A stretch of 64,000 bases of DNA, from positions 18,764 to 82,763 of the forward strand of contig CAZSNG010000003.1 of the NCBI GenBank assembly GCA_964608345.1. The letters run 5' to 3'. The position numbers and the translations under genes were made by a program. The notes beneath the pieces were generated by a model. It worked only from the letters and a program-made list of their open reading frames with translations, searched no databases and was not told the origin of the DNA. Below, piece by piece: positions 8,936 to 18,384 of the stretch. This stretch comes from an uncultured Thermotogae bacterium (GTDB lineage: Bacteria; Bipolaricaulota; Bipolaricaulia; UBA7950; UBA9294). Position 1 is the first letter of the stretch, and the number at the start of each line of letters is the position of its first letter.

Positions 8936-10515
8936 AATCGTACGAACCCCCGAAACAGCGGGTGTGGGGAGAGGAAGCGCGACGTGAACTCAGGATGGAA
9001 CTGGACTCCGACGAACCACGGGTGCTCAGGGATCTCGATGATCTCGACCAACGCACCGTCTGGCGACGTGCCCACGACGCGCATCCCTGCCGCTTCGAGC
9101 GGCTCGCGGTACGCCGGGTTGAACTCGTAGCGGTGACGGTGCCGCTCTTCGATGCGCTCGCTGCCGTAGCAGGCACGGCTGACCGAGCCCTCGGCGAGGA
9201 TCGCGGGGCACGCTCCCAGACGCATCGTCCCGCCCTTGTGGGTGATTTCGCGCTGCTCCTCGAGCAGACCGATGACCGGGTGCGGGGTGTCCGGATCGAA
9301 CTCGGTGCTGTTCGCGCCGGTGAGTCCGAGGACGTTGCGGGCGTACTCGATCACCGCGCAGTGCAGTCCGAGGCAGAGGCCGAAGAACGGCATCTGGTGC
9401 GTTCGCGCGTATTCGACCGCCTCGATCTTGCCTTCGATGCCGCGATCCCCGAAGCCGCCAGGAACGAGCAGGCCGTTGAGTTCGGCAAGGATCGGCGCCG
9501 GATCGACGCCGTCGAGCGACTCCGCCGGGATCCACTCGATCGAGACGTCGGCCTGCTCGGCCGCGCCGACGTGAAGCAACGCTTCGCGAATCGAGATGTA
9601 GGCGTCCTGCAGCTCCACGTATTTGCCGACGATGCCGATGCGGGCCCGGCGGGTTGGTCGCTCGATATGCTCGACCTGCTCGCGCCAAGCGCCAAGATCG
9701 GGCGTGACGACGGGAAGGCCGAGCCCCGCGGCGACGCGCCGGTCAAGCCCGTTCTCCTGCATGACGAGCGGTGCGTGGTAGATCGTCGGGAGATCGGGAT
9801 CCTCGATGACGTCGTCGACGTGGACGTCGCAGAACAGGGCGATCTTGCATTTGACGGACTCGGGGAGCGGCAGATCGCACCGCGCGACGATGATGTCGGG
9901 CTGGATGCCGATCGCCCGCAGCTCCTTCACCGAGTGCTGAGTCGGTTTCGTTTTCAGCTCGTCCGAGGTCGTGAGCCTGGGCAGCAGGGTGACGTGGACG
10001 AACAGCGTGTCTTCCCGTGGCAGCTCGTCCTTCATTTGACGGAGCGCCTCGAGAAACGGCTGGCTCTCGATGTCGCCGACGGTGCCGCCGACCTCGATCA
10101 CGCCGATCTGGGCGTCGGCTTCCTCGAGCGGACGGATGACGGACCGCTTGATCTCGTCGGTGATGTGCGGAATGACCTGAACCGTCTCGCCCAGATACAT
10201 GCCGCGCCGCTCCTTGCGGATGACGTTCCAGTAGACCTGCCCCGTGGTCAGGTAGTTCGAGGCGGAGAGCTCCGCGTCGAGGAAGCGCTCGTATCGGCCG
10301 ATATCGAGGTCGGTCTCCTTGCCGTCGTGGGTGACGAAGACCTCACCGTGCTCGTACGGATTCATCGTCCCGGCATCAACGTTGACGTAGGGATCGATCT
10401 TCTGGAGGCTGACTTGGTAGCCCAGTCGCTGGAAGAGCAGACCGAGCGATGCGGAGACGACACCCTTTCCGAGACCGGAAAGCACGCCCCCCGTGACGAA
10501 GACGAACTTGCGCAC
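8896..10515 (-). CDS. pyrG: CTP synthase.
   Basis: RKFVFVTGGVLSGLGKGVVSASLGLL; the glutamine amidotransferase domain is present (GLCLGLHCAVIEYARN). The start is assigned to the GTG at 10515 (TVRKFVF), with AGGTG upstream. The long N-terminal extension of the listed ORF is rejected. Confidence 0.9.
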   Translation of the reverse strand: MRKFVFVTGGVLSGLGKGVVSASLGLLFQRLGYQVSLQKIDPYVNVDAGTMNPYEHGEVFVTHDGKETDLDIGRYERFLDAELSASNYLTTGQVYWNVIRKERRGMYLGETVQVIPHITDEIKRSVIRPLEEADAQIGVIEVGGTVGDIESQPFLEALRQMKDELPREDTLFVHVTLLPRLTTSDELKTKPTQHSVKELRAIGIQPDIIVARCDLPLPESVKCKIALFCDVHVDDVIEDPDLPTIYHAPLVMQENGLDRRVAAGLGLPVVTPDLGAWREQVEHIERPTRRARIGIVGKYVELQDAYISIREALLHVGAAEQADVSIEWIPAESLDGVDPAPILAELNGLLVPGGFGDRGIEGKIEAVEYARTHQMPFFGLCLGLHCAVIEYARNVLGLTGANSTEFDPDTPHPVIGLLEEQREITHKGGTMRLGACPAILAEGSVSRACYGSERIEERHRHRYEFNPAYREPLEAAGMRVVGTSPDGALVEIIEIPEHPWFVGVQFHPEFTSRFLSPHPLFRGFVRLCLERRASSHSSS

Positions 10516-10612
10516 GGTTCGAGGCACCTGCCTTTCGAGCCGCCTTTCGGGCTGCGCTCTGGACAGCTTACGGAACCCTGGAAAGCCGCGCAAGGCCCGG
10601 AACGTTGGGCTA

Positions 10613-10641
10613 TTGAGGTGCCAAAACCTTTGTGCTATAAT
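10613..10641 (+). promoter_or_regulatory. Near-consensus sigma-70 type promoter for secG (TTGAGG-17-TATAAT).
   Basis: ttgagg at 10613-10618, a 17-nt spacer, then tataat at 10636-10641. The RBS gagaaagga precedes the secG ATG at 10691. Confidence 0.6.
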
Positions 10642-10690
10642 CGGCCGACGCCAGACACCCCAAAGGAACTGAGAAAGGACCTGCATAGCC

Positions 10691-10915
10691 ATGTGGCGAG
10701 TAATCCTCGAGGTGTTGTTTTTCTTGGACTGTCTAGGCCTGATGGGTCTCATCCTCCTTCAAATGAGCGAGCATTCCGGATTGGGCGGCGCGTTTGGGTC
10801 CGGCATGTCGAGCACTGTCTTCGGACGAGATGAGGTTAGGGATCCCAAGCGAACGCTTACGGTAGGTCTGGCAGTCGCATTCATGTTGCTCGGCTTCGTA
10901 TTATCGATCGTCTAG
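10691..10915 (+). CDS. secG: Preprotein translocase subunit SecG.
   Basis: 74 aa (MWRVILEVLFFLDCLGLMGLILLQMSEHSGLGGAFGSGMSSTVFG...). This matches the small SecG pattern (LLQ...G.GG.FG plus a C-terminal TM). Its GC content is locally lower. Confidence 0.75.
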   Translation: MWRVILEVLFFLDCLGLMGLILLQMSEHSGLGGAFGSGMSSTVFGRDEVRDPKRTLTVGLAVAFMLLGFVLSIV

Positions 10916-10940
10916 CACGACTGACGAGGAGGGAGAACCG

Positions 10941-11921
10941 GTGCCGCTAATCGAGGTCAGAGGTTTGAAGACGTACTTCTACACGGAGGACGGGATCGTC
11001 CGAGCCGTGGATGGCGTCAACTACGTGATCGAGCAGGAGAAGACGCTTGGGGTCGTCGGTGAGAGTGGGTGCGGAAAATCGGTGACGGCCTTGTCGATCA
11101 TGGGGCTCGTCCAGATCCCGCCGGGCAAAATCGAAGAGGGCGAGATCCTCTTCCACCGCGACAGCAAGGTCATGGACCTAACGAAGTTTGACCCCAAGGG
11201 CCGCGAGATGCGAGCGATCCGTGGCAACGAGATCGCGATGATCTTCCAGGAGCCGATGACGTCGCTTAACCCCGTCTACACGATCGGCAACCAGATTATG
11301 GAAGCGATCATCCTCCACCAGAAGCTCGACAAGAAACACGCGAAGCAGAAGGCGATCGACATGCTTCGCGAGGTGGGAATCCCCCTTCCCGAGCAGCGGG
11401 TCGACGAGTACCCGCACCAGCTATCGGGCGGCATGCGGCAGCGCGCGATGATCGCGATGGCCCTATCGTGTAACCCTTCCCTTCTGATCGCAGACGAGCC
11501 GACGACGGCCCTCGACGTGACGATCCAAGCACAGGTGCTCGAGCTGATGAACGAGCTTCGTCGGGAGTTCCAGGCATCGATCCAGTTCATCACGCACGAC
11601 CTCGGCGTGATTGCGGGAATGGCCGACGACGTCGTCGTGATGTACCTCGGCCGTATCGTCGAAGGCTCGACGGTCGACGAGGTGTTCCACAGCCCGAAGC
11701 ATCCATACACGCAAGGGTTGCTGAATTCGATCCCGTCCCTCGCGTCCCGGAAAGATCGGCTGGAGCCGATCAAGGGCGTCGTGCCCGACCCGTTCGAGGT
11801 GCCGGCGGGCTGTGGCTTCGAGCCGAGGTGCCCACACGCGATGGAGATCTGCAAGACGACGATGCCGGAGCTGAAGGACGTGGCGCCGGGCCACGAATCA
11901 GCCTGTTGGCTCTATGAGTAA
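10941..11921 (+). CDS. Oligopeptide/dipeptide ABC transporter ATP-binding protein (OppD/DppD-like).
   Basis: GTG start after gaggagggag. Walker A reads GESGCGKSVT. Signature LSGGMRQRAMIA. The C-terminal oligopeptide-ATPase extension carries a Cys cluster (CGFEPRCPHAMEIC). Confidence 0.85.
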   Translation: MPLIEVRGLKTYFYTEDGIVRAVDGVNYVIEQEKTLGVVGESGCGKSVTALSIMGLVQIPPGKIEEGEILFHRDSKVMDLTKFDPKGREMRAIRGNEIAMIFQEPMTSLNPVYTIGNQIMEAIILHQKLDKKHAKQKAIDMLREVGIPLPEQRVDEYPHQLSGGMRQRAMIAMALSCNPSLLIADEPTTALDVTIQAQVLELMNELRREFQASIQFITHDLGVIAGMADDVVVMYLGRIVEGSTVDEVFHSPKHPYTQGLLNSIPSLASRKDRLEPIKGVVPDPFEVPAGCGFEPRCPHAMEICKTTMPELKDVAPGHESACWLYE

Positions 11922-11938
11922 CAGCGAGGTGATACCGT

Positions 11939-12982
11939 TTGGCTTCCGATAACATCCTTCTGGACGTCAAGGGCCTGGTGAAGTACTTCCCCGTTCGCAA
12001 GGGAGTCTTCAGGCGAACCGTGGCACACGTCAAGGCGGTCGATGGCGTCGACATGTTCATCCCCGAGGGCGAGACGCTCGGGCTGGTCGGCGAGAGCGGG
12101 TGCGGCAAAACGACCGCCGGCCGAACCATCCTGCGGCTGATCGAGCCGACGGCGGGGGACATCGTCTTTCGCAGCAAGAAGCTTGCGCCGGCGGGCGAGG
12201 AGTCCGTCGAGATCGACGTCGCCAAGGTCAATCGCAAGGAGCTGAAAGCGCTCCGCCGCGAGATGCAGATCATCTTCCAGGACCCGTACTCGTCGCTGAA
12301 TCCGCGCATGACGGTCGGCGCGATCATCGGCGAGCCGCTGCTCGTGCACGGAATCGCCAAGGGCGCCGAGCGCGAAGACCGGGTCAAGGCGCTCCTCGCA
12401 GCGGTCGGACTGAAGCCGGATCACATGAAGCGTTACCCGCATGAGTTCTCCGGCGGGCAGCGGCAGCGGATCGGTGTCGCCCGCGCGTTGGCGCTCGATC
12501 CTCAGCTGATCATCTGCGACGAGCCGGTGTCGGCGCTCGACGTGTCGATTCAGGCCCAGGTGATCAACCTGCTGGAGGACCTGCAGGGCGAGTTCGGCTT
12601 GACCTACCTGTTCATCGCGCACGACCTCTCCGTCGTGCGGCACATCAGCACGCGGGTCGCGGTCATGTACCTTGGCAAGATCGCCGAGCTGTCGTCGACC
12701 GAGGAGTTGTTCACGCATCCGAAGCATCCGTACACCGAGGCGTTGATGTCGGCTGTTCCGGTGCCGGATCCGGCCTGGTCGGTCGAGCGGATCCTTCTCG
12801 AAGGGGACGTTCCGAGCCCGGTTGCGCCGCCTTCCGGGTGCTACTTCCATCCGCGATGCCGGTACGCGAAGGACATCTGCAAGACCGACCCACCGGAGTA
12901 TCGAGATCTCGGCGACCTGCACTTCGTTACGTGCCACTTCGCCGACACGCTCGACCTCCAGCCGATCAAGAGCGAAGAATGA
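11939..12982 (+). CDS. Oligopeptide/dipeptide ABC transporter ATP-binding protein (OppF/DppF-like).
   Basis: TTG start with GAGGTGA upstream. Walker A reads GESGCGKTT. Signature [16 protein letters not shown]-terminal motif [14 protein letters not shown]. Confidence 0.85.
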   Translation: MASDNILLDVKGLVKYFPVRKGVFRRTVAHVKAVDGVDMFIPEGETLGLVGESGCGKTTAGRTILRLIEPTAGDIVFRSKKLAPAGEESVEIDVAKVNRKELKALRREMQIIFQDPYSSLNPRMTVGAIIGEPLLVHGIAKGAEREDRVKALLAAVGLKPDHMKRYPHEFSGGQRQRIGVARALALDPQLIICDEPVSALDVSIQAQVINLLEDLQGEFGLTYLFIAHDLSVVRHISTRVAVMYLGKIAELSSTEELFTHPKHPYTEALMSAVPVPDPAWSVERILLEGDVPSPVAPPSGCYFHPRCRYAKDICKTDPPEYRDLGDLHFVTCHFADTLDLQPIKSEE

Positions 12983-13584
12983 CGCAGCTCCTCCTCGGCA
13001 CCAAGAACGAGGGGAAGATTGCGGAAGCCATGGAGCTCCTGGCCGAAACCGGTGGCCTGGAGCTCCTTACTTTGGCTGAGCGCGCGTTCTCCGATGTCGA
13101 CGAGACGGGCGAGACGTTCCTCGACAACGCGCTGCTGAAGGCGCGTTCGATCTGTTATGAGACGGGACTTCCAGTCCTCTCCGAGGACGCCGGCCTCGAG
13201 GTGATGCACCTCGACGGGGCGCCCGGCGTCCGATCGGCCCGGTTTTCCGGCGAGCCGGTCGACTTCTCCCGCAACAACGACCTTCTTCTTCGGGAGATGC
13301 GCGGCGTCACCGATCGACGGGCCCGGTTCGTGGCGGTGGCGGTGTTGCAGCTTCCCGACGGGCAGACGTTCGCCACGAGCGGTGTCCTTCGCGGAACGAT
13401 CGGCGAGGCGCTCTCGGGGGACGGAGGATTCGGGTACGATCCGCTGTTCTTCCCGGCAGGAAGCGCCAGAACGCTGGCCGAGATGTCATTGGCCGAGAAG
13501 AACCGGATCAGCCATCGAAAGCGGGCTCTGACGAGGATGAGGGCCATTCTGCTCGATCTGCTCGCCTCCGGCGAACTCCGCTGA
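12979..13584 (+). CDS. rdgB: Non-canonical purine NTP pyrophosphatase (RdgB/HAM1 family).
   Basis: [21 protein letters not shown]...[17 protein letters not shown]....F.YDPLF.P. ATGA overlap with the upstream ABC ATPase gene. The listed ORF start at 12838 is rejected. Confidence 0.85.
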   Translation: MTQLLLGTKNEGKIAEAMELLAETGGLELLTLAERAFSDVDETGETFLDNALLKARSICYETGLPVLSEDAGLEVMHLDGAPGVRSARFSGEPVDFSRNNDLLLREMRGVTDRRARFVAVAVLQLPDGQTFATSGVLRGTIGEALSGDGGFGYDPLFFPAGSARTLAEMSLAEKNRISHRKRALTRMRAILLDLLASGELR

Positions 13585-13595
13585 CCGCGGAGCCC

Positions 13596-14693
13596 TCAGC
13601 CGAGCGATTCGGCGTAGGATTCCAGCGCACGGCGCTGCTTGCCGCTCAGCCTCGTGGGTACCTCGACCGTCACCTCGGCCAGGTGATCCCCCTTGCCGCC
13701 GCTGCGGTGGATGTTGGCGATCCCCTTCCCCTTCAGGCGAAAGACTTCGCCCGGCTGCGTCCCCGCAGGGACCGAGACCGTCTCCTCGCCCCACAGCGTC
13801 TCGACGGCGATCTTTGCCCCGAGAGCCGCCTGCGGATAGGAGACCGTCACCCTCGAGTAGATGTCCTTGCCCTCGCGGTGGAACGTTGGATGGTCGATCA
13901 GCTCGATCACGATGAACAGGTCGCCGCTCGGACCGCCCTCGACGCCGGCGTTTCCTTGCCCGCGCAGCCGCAGCCGCGATCCGTTGTCGACGCCGGGCGG
14001 GACGGAGATCGAGATCTTGCTCTTCTCCTTCACGCGGCCGGCCGCGCGGCAGCGGTGGCACGGCTGCTCGATCAGCTCCCCCGCCCCGTTGCATTCCGGA
14101 CAGGCGCGGACGTTGATGAAGCTTCCGAGCAGGCTCTGCTGGCGGTACTCGATCTGACCGTGCCCGTCGCACGTGGGGCAGCTGCGCTTCGAGCTGCCCG
14201 GCTCCATTCCGCTTCCGGAACAGACGTCGCACGCCACCATCCGCGGCACGGTGACGGTCATCTTGGTTCCGTGCGCCGCGTCCTCGAGCGTGATGCGCAA
14301 CTTGTACTCGATCGACTCGCCGCGACGCGAGCGGGACTGAGACCTTGTGCGGACTCCGCCTTGGCGGAAGAAGAGATCGAAGATGTCGTCGACTCCGCCG
14401 AACCCGAACTCACGGTACGCGTCGCGGGCGCGGCGGAAATCCATGTCGCCGAACGTGAACCCCTGATCGGGACCGGCGTGGCCGTAGCGGTCGTACTGAG
14501 CGCGTTTCTGCGGGTCGGACAGGACCTCGTAGGCCTCGGCGATGCGTTTGAACTCCTGCTCGGCCCGGGGTCGATCGTCGGGATTCCGATCCGGATGGAG
14601 TTCCTTCGCCTTCTGTCGGTACGCCCGTTTGATCTCGGCTTCGTCCGCGTCGCGAGCGACGTCGAGCGTCTCGTAGTAGTCCTGATTGGCCAC
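13596..14693 (-). CDS. dnaJ: Molecular chaperone DnaJ.
   Basis: The J domain reads DYYETLDVARDADEAEIKRAYRQKAKELHPDRN. Four CxxCxGxG zinc-finger repeats are present. The start is the GTG at 14693 (VANQDYY) with a GAGGAG Shine-Dalgarno. The longer listed ORF reads into a repeat. Confidence 0.9.
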   Translation of the reverse strand: MANQDYYETLDVARDADEAEIKRAYRQKAKELHPDRNPDDRPRAEQEFKRIAEAYEVLSDPQKRAQYDRYGHAGPDQGFTFGDMDFRRARDAYREFGFGGVDDIFDLFFRQGGVRTRSQSRSRRGESIEYKLRITLEDAAHGTKMTVTVPRMVACDVCSGSGMEPGSSKRSCPTCDGHGQIEYRQQSLLGSFINVRACPECNGAGELIEQPCHRCRAAGRVKEKSKISISVPPGVDNGSRLRLRGQGNAGVEGGPSGDLFIVIELIDHPTFHREGKDIYSRVTVSYPQAALGAKIAVETLWGEETVSVPAGTQPGEVFRLKGKGIANIHRSGGKGDHLAEVTVEVPTRLSGKQRRALESYAESLG

Positions 14694-14716
14694 GCGCGCT
14701 CCTCGGGTCCGTTGCG

Positions 14717-14782
14717 CTACTGCTCGTCGTACTCGGCGTCTATGGCGCCGTCGTCGGCTTCGCTGGCCGACGGCGGATCGCC
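14717..14782. repeat. Degenerate duplicate of the dnaK 3' terminus, lying in the dnaK-dnaJ spacer.
   Basis: ctactgctcgtcgtactcggcgtc... at 14717 matches the dnaK stop and last codons at 14819 (24/24 identical, then about 75-80% over about 40 nt). On the minus strand it still encodes ...[12 protein letters not shown] in one frame. Confidence 0.6.
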
Positions 14783-14818
14783 CTTTCGGGTTCACTCGCT
14801 GGCTGGCTCGGTTATCGC

Positions 14819-16665
<1,847 letters not shown>

Positions 16666-16669
<4 letters not shown>

Positions 16670-17199
16670 GCTTCATCCTCCTGTGCGGCGGGCCCTTGAC
16701 TCACGGTGACTCGACTGGCTCGCAGGACCCGCCCGTCCCGTCGATACCCGGGAGAGAACTCCTCGATGATGACGTTCTTCTCTTCGTTGCTCGGTGCGAC
16801 CAGCAGCGCTTCGTGCAGCGCGGGATCGAACGGAACGCCGACAGCGGGGATCCGTTCGACGCCGCGCTGCTCCAAGATCCGCGTGCACTGGGCGAAGATC
16901 TGCTCGACGCCGGCGACGAACGACTCGGCGTTCTGATCGGACGCGTAGCCGAGGAAGGCGCGTTCGAGGTTCTCGAACGGCGTCAGGAAGTCGAGAAGGA
17001 TCTGATCCTCGCCACGCTCCTCGAACGTCGCGGCGTCTCTCGCCGTCCGTTTCTTGTAGTTCTCGAACTCCGCTTGCAGGCGTTGCAGCCGATCGATGCA
17101 CGACGCGAGTTCCGTTTCGGCTTCGCGGGCGGGAACCTTGACCTCGACCTCGATCTCGGCGGCGTCCTCGCTTGTCTCTCGTTTCTCGTCTTCGTTCAT
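16666..17199 (-). CDS. grpE: Nucleotide exchange factor GrpE.
   Basis: The C-terminus matches GrpE ([16 protein letters not shown]...[20 protein letters not shown]...FDPALHEAL). The start is the ATG at 17199 (MNEDEKRE) with GGAGG upstream. The 323-aa listed ORF is a GC-rich N-terminal over-extension. Confidence 0.85.
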
Positions 17200-18269
17200 T
17201 CGTCCGTTCCTCCGACGGCCCGTGCGGCCGAATTCACCAGTAGGCCCTCCAGGCGGTTCGCGACGTAGCTCACGGTGGAGAGCGCGCGACCGTAGTCCAT
17301 CCACAGCGGTCCGATGACCCCGAGAACGCCGGCGTGTGGGCGGTAGCCGGAGGTCACGACGGAGAATTCCTCCAAGCCGGGCAGCGGGAAATCCCCGATG
17401 GAGACGACGATTCCTTCCGCTCCTGCGCGCGCGGCCGACACGGCTTCGATGAACCCCGTCTCGTCTCGCACGGCGCGGCTGAAGCTGGCGAAGTTCACCA
17501 TTGCCCGCTCGGGGATCGTCTGCTGCAGGGCATCGGTCAGGTTCAGCAGTCCGTCGAACCGAACCGGGCGCTGCAGGCGACGTTGGAGCAGCCGTTGAAG
17601 GACGAGGATCGCCTGTCGGACCGGCCGTTCGTACCACCCCTCCGGTTCGTCGACATCCGGCAGGGATCGTACGTCCGAGAGGGCGACGCCGGGCAGCTTC
17701 TCGTTGATCAATTGCATGATGTGATCGATCTCGTCCTGCGCCAGGTCGTCGTCCAACGGGACGAGGCCGTGTTCGACGATCCCGATGTCAGACAGGATCA
17801 GGAGGAACGCCAAACGCGCGTCCATCCGGAGCAACACGACGCGGTCGAGCTTCGTCTCCTCCGGCCGCGGTGGAACAACGAACGCCGCGCAGCCGGTGAT
17901 GTTTCCGAGAAGGAACGCCGTCTGGCGGATCGTCTGCTCGACGTCGAGGCAGCGCGATTCGACCATCTCGACGATCTCGAGCCGCTCCTCGCGGGTGAGA
18001 TCCGACAGGTCGAGGAGCCAATCGACGAAGAACCGATACCCCTCGCGGGTTGGAATCCGCCCGGATGAGGAATACGGCTTCTCGATGTAGCCGGCATCCT
18101 CGAGGTCGTTCATGTCATTGCGGACCGTCGCGGAACTGACGGTCAGGCCGTAGTCCTCGAGAATCATTCTCGAGGACACCGGCTCGCGAAACCGGATGTA
18201 CCGGTCGACGATTTCCTTGAGGATCAGCCGTTGTCTCTCGGGGAGTTGGGTCACATTAGCACTCTGCAT
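17196..18269 (-). CDS. hrcA: Heat-inducible transcription repressor HrcA.
   Basis: MQSANVTQLPERQRLILKEIVDRYI...; winged-helix N-terminus plus HrcA C-terminal domain. Overlaps grpE by 4 nt. The listed start at 18269 lies inside the CIRCE spacer. A GTG at 18252 (VTQLPERQRLIL) is an alternative start. Confidence 0.85.
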   Translation of the reverse strand: MQSANVTQLPERQRLILKEIVDRYIRFREPVSSRMILEDYGLTVSSATVRNDMNDLEDAGYIEKPYSSSGRIPTREGYRFFVDWLLDLSDLTREERLEIVEMVESRCLDVEQTIRQTAFLLGNITGCAAFVVPPRPEETKLDRVVLLRMDARLAFLLILSDIGIVEHGLVPLDDDLAQDEIDHIMQLINEKLPGVALSDVRSLPDVDEPEGWYERPVRQAILVLQRLLQRRLQRPVRFDGLLNLTDALQQTIPERAMVNFASFSRAVRDETGFIEAVSAARAGAEGIVVSIGDFPLPGLEEFSVVTSGYRPHAGVLGVIGPLWMDYGRALSTVSYVANRLEGLLVNSAARAVGGTDE

Positions 18270-18282
18270 GTCAGTTTGCTAA
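18256..18282 (-). promoter_or_regulatory. CIRCE operator (HrcA binding site) for the hrcA-grpE-dnaK-dnaJ operon.
   Basis: TTAGCACTC-tgcatgtca-GTTTGCTAA, compared with the consensus TTAGCACTC-N9-GAGTGCTAA. The left arm is perfect and the right arm has 2 mismatches. It lies immediately downstream of the -10 box. Confidence 0.75.
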
Positions 18283-18310
18283 TGGTAGTCCGTCCAGCAG
18301 GATCTGTCAA
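18282..18310 (-). promoter_or_regulatory. Sigma-A type promoter of the hrcA operon (TTGACA-17-TACCAT on the minus strand).
   Basis: The reverse complement of tgtcaa (18305-18310) is TTGACA. The reverse complement of atggta (18282-18287) is TACCAT. The spacer is 17 nt. The -10 abuts CIRCE, as in Bacillus-type hrcA promoters. Confidence 0.5.
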
Positions 18311-18384
18311 CAGGAAGCGCCTACTTTCCGGTATCGCGGCGGCTTTCAGCGATGTGGGGTCGAGGCGGATCCGGCGGCTGCGCG

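Noticed and set aside
10516-10690. tRNA/ncRNA search in this and other intergenic regions (20971-21039, 36888-37158, 60730-60832, 63813-63895).
   Set aside because: No T-loop (GGTTCGAATCC-like) or cloverleaf-compatible sequence was found. These regions contain only promoters or terminators.
8962-10833. 623-aa ORF on the plus strand.
   Set aside because: It is antisense to pyrG. It has an Arg/Ala/Gly-rich composition typical of out-of-frame GC-rich ORFs, and no motifs.
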